From NCBI RefSeq assembly GCF_006345805.1, contig NW_021824811.1:1-17373 (forward strand): DNA of 17,373 bases, in the 5' to 3' direction. Position 1 is the stretch's first letter, and each line of letters opens with the position of its first letter. Below, piece by piece: positions 17,266 through 17,373 of the stretch. This DNA comes from Octopus sinensis (Eukaryota). A program made the position numbers and the translations under genes. A model generated the notes under the pieces. The model searched no databases, was not told the DNA's origin, and worked only from the letters and a program-made list of their open reading frames with translations.

Positions 17266-17373
17266 TGAAAAGAGTGAGTAAAACGTCATAGACACTGTGA
17301 AATACGTTTTTCACACATTTTGTACACGTAGTCAAGTCGGACAAAATGCATGTAAAAGATAACATTTAATCGT

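Noticed and set aside
782-17295. Other short supplied ORFs rich in YI, CV, HT or LS
   Set aside because: They overlap microsatellites or SINEs. Only 5847-6137, 6182-6463 (part), 7982-8197 and 8175-8363 reflect real transposon coding remnants.

Overview
A gene-free, repeat-saturated eukaryotic window. It is very probably from an octopus (inferred from recalled octopus-type tRNA-derived SINEs and the extreme microsatellite load, not checked). I find no credible host protein-coding exon; almost all supplied ORFs are translations of simple repeats. Contents: four tRNA-derived SINE families (labelled A-D here; two copies have perfect 20-bp and 14-bp target-site duplications), a mariner-derived MITE, a Tc1 transposase fragment, a ~2-kb internally deleted Helitron with both termini and a RepHel N-terminal pseudogene, three Penelope-like element (PLE) endonuclease remnants, short non-coding PLE-type terminal-repeat pieces, and ~4 kb of almost pure simple repeat at the end. 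The most notable signal is a set of hammerhead-ribozyme motifs. One is a full canonical type I hammerhead (minus strand, 5133-5035) whose 5' side runs into a 147-bp near-perfect palindrome. A second, minimal hammerhead with a compensatory U3:A8 core lies about 200 nt upstream on the same strand. Three further variant or relic motifs occur elsewhere. All folds were read by eye; activity is untested.
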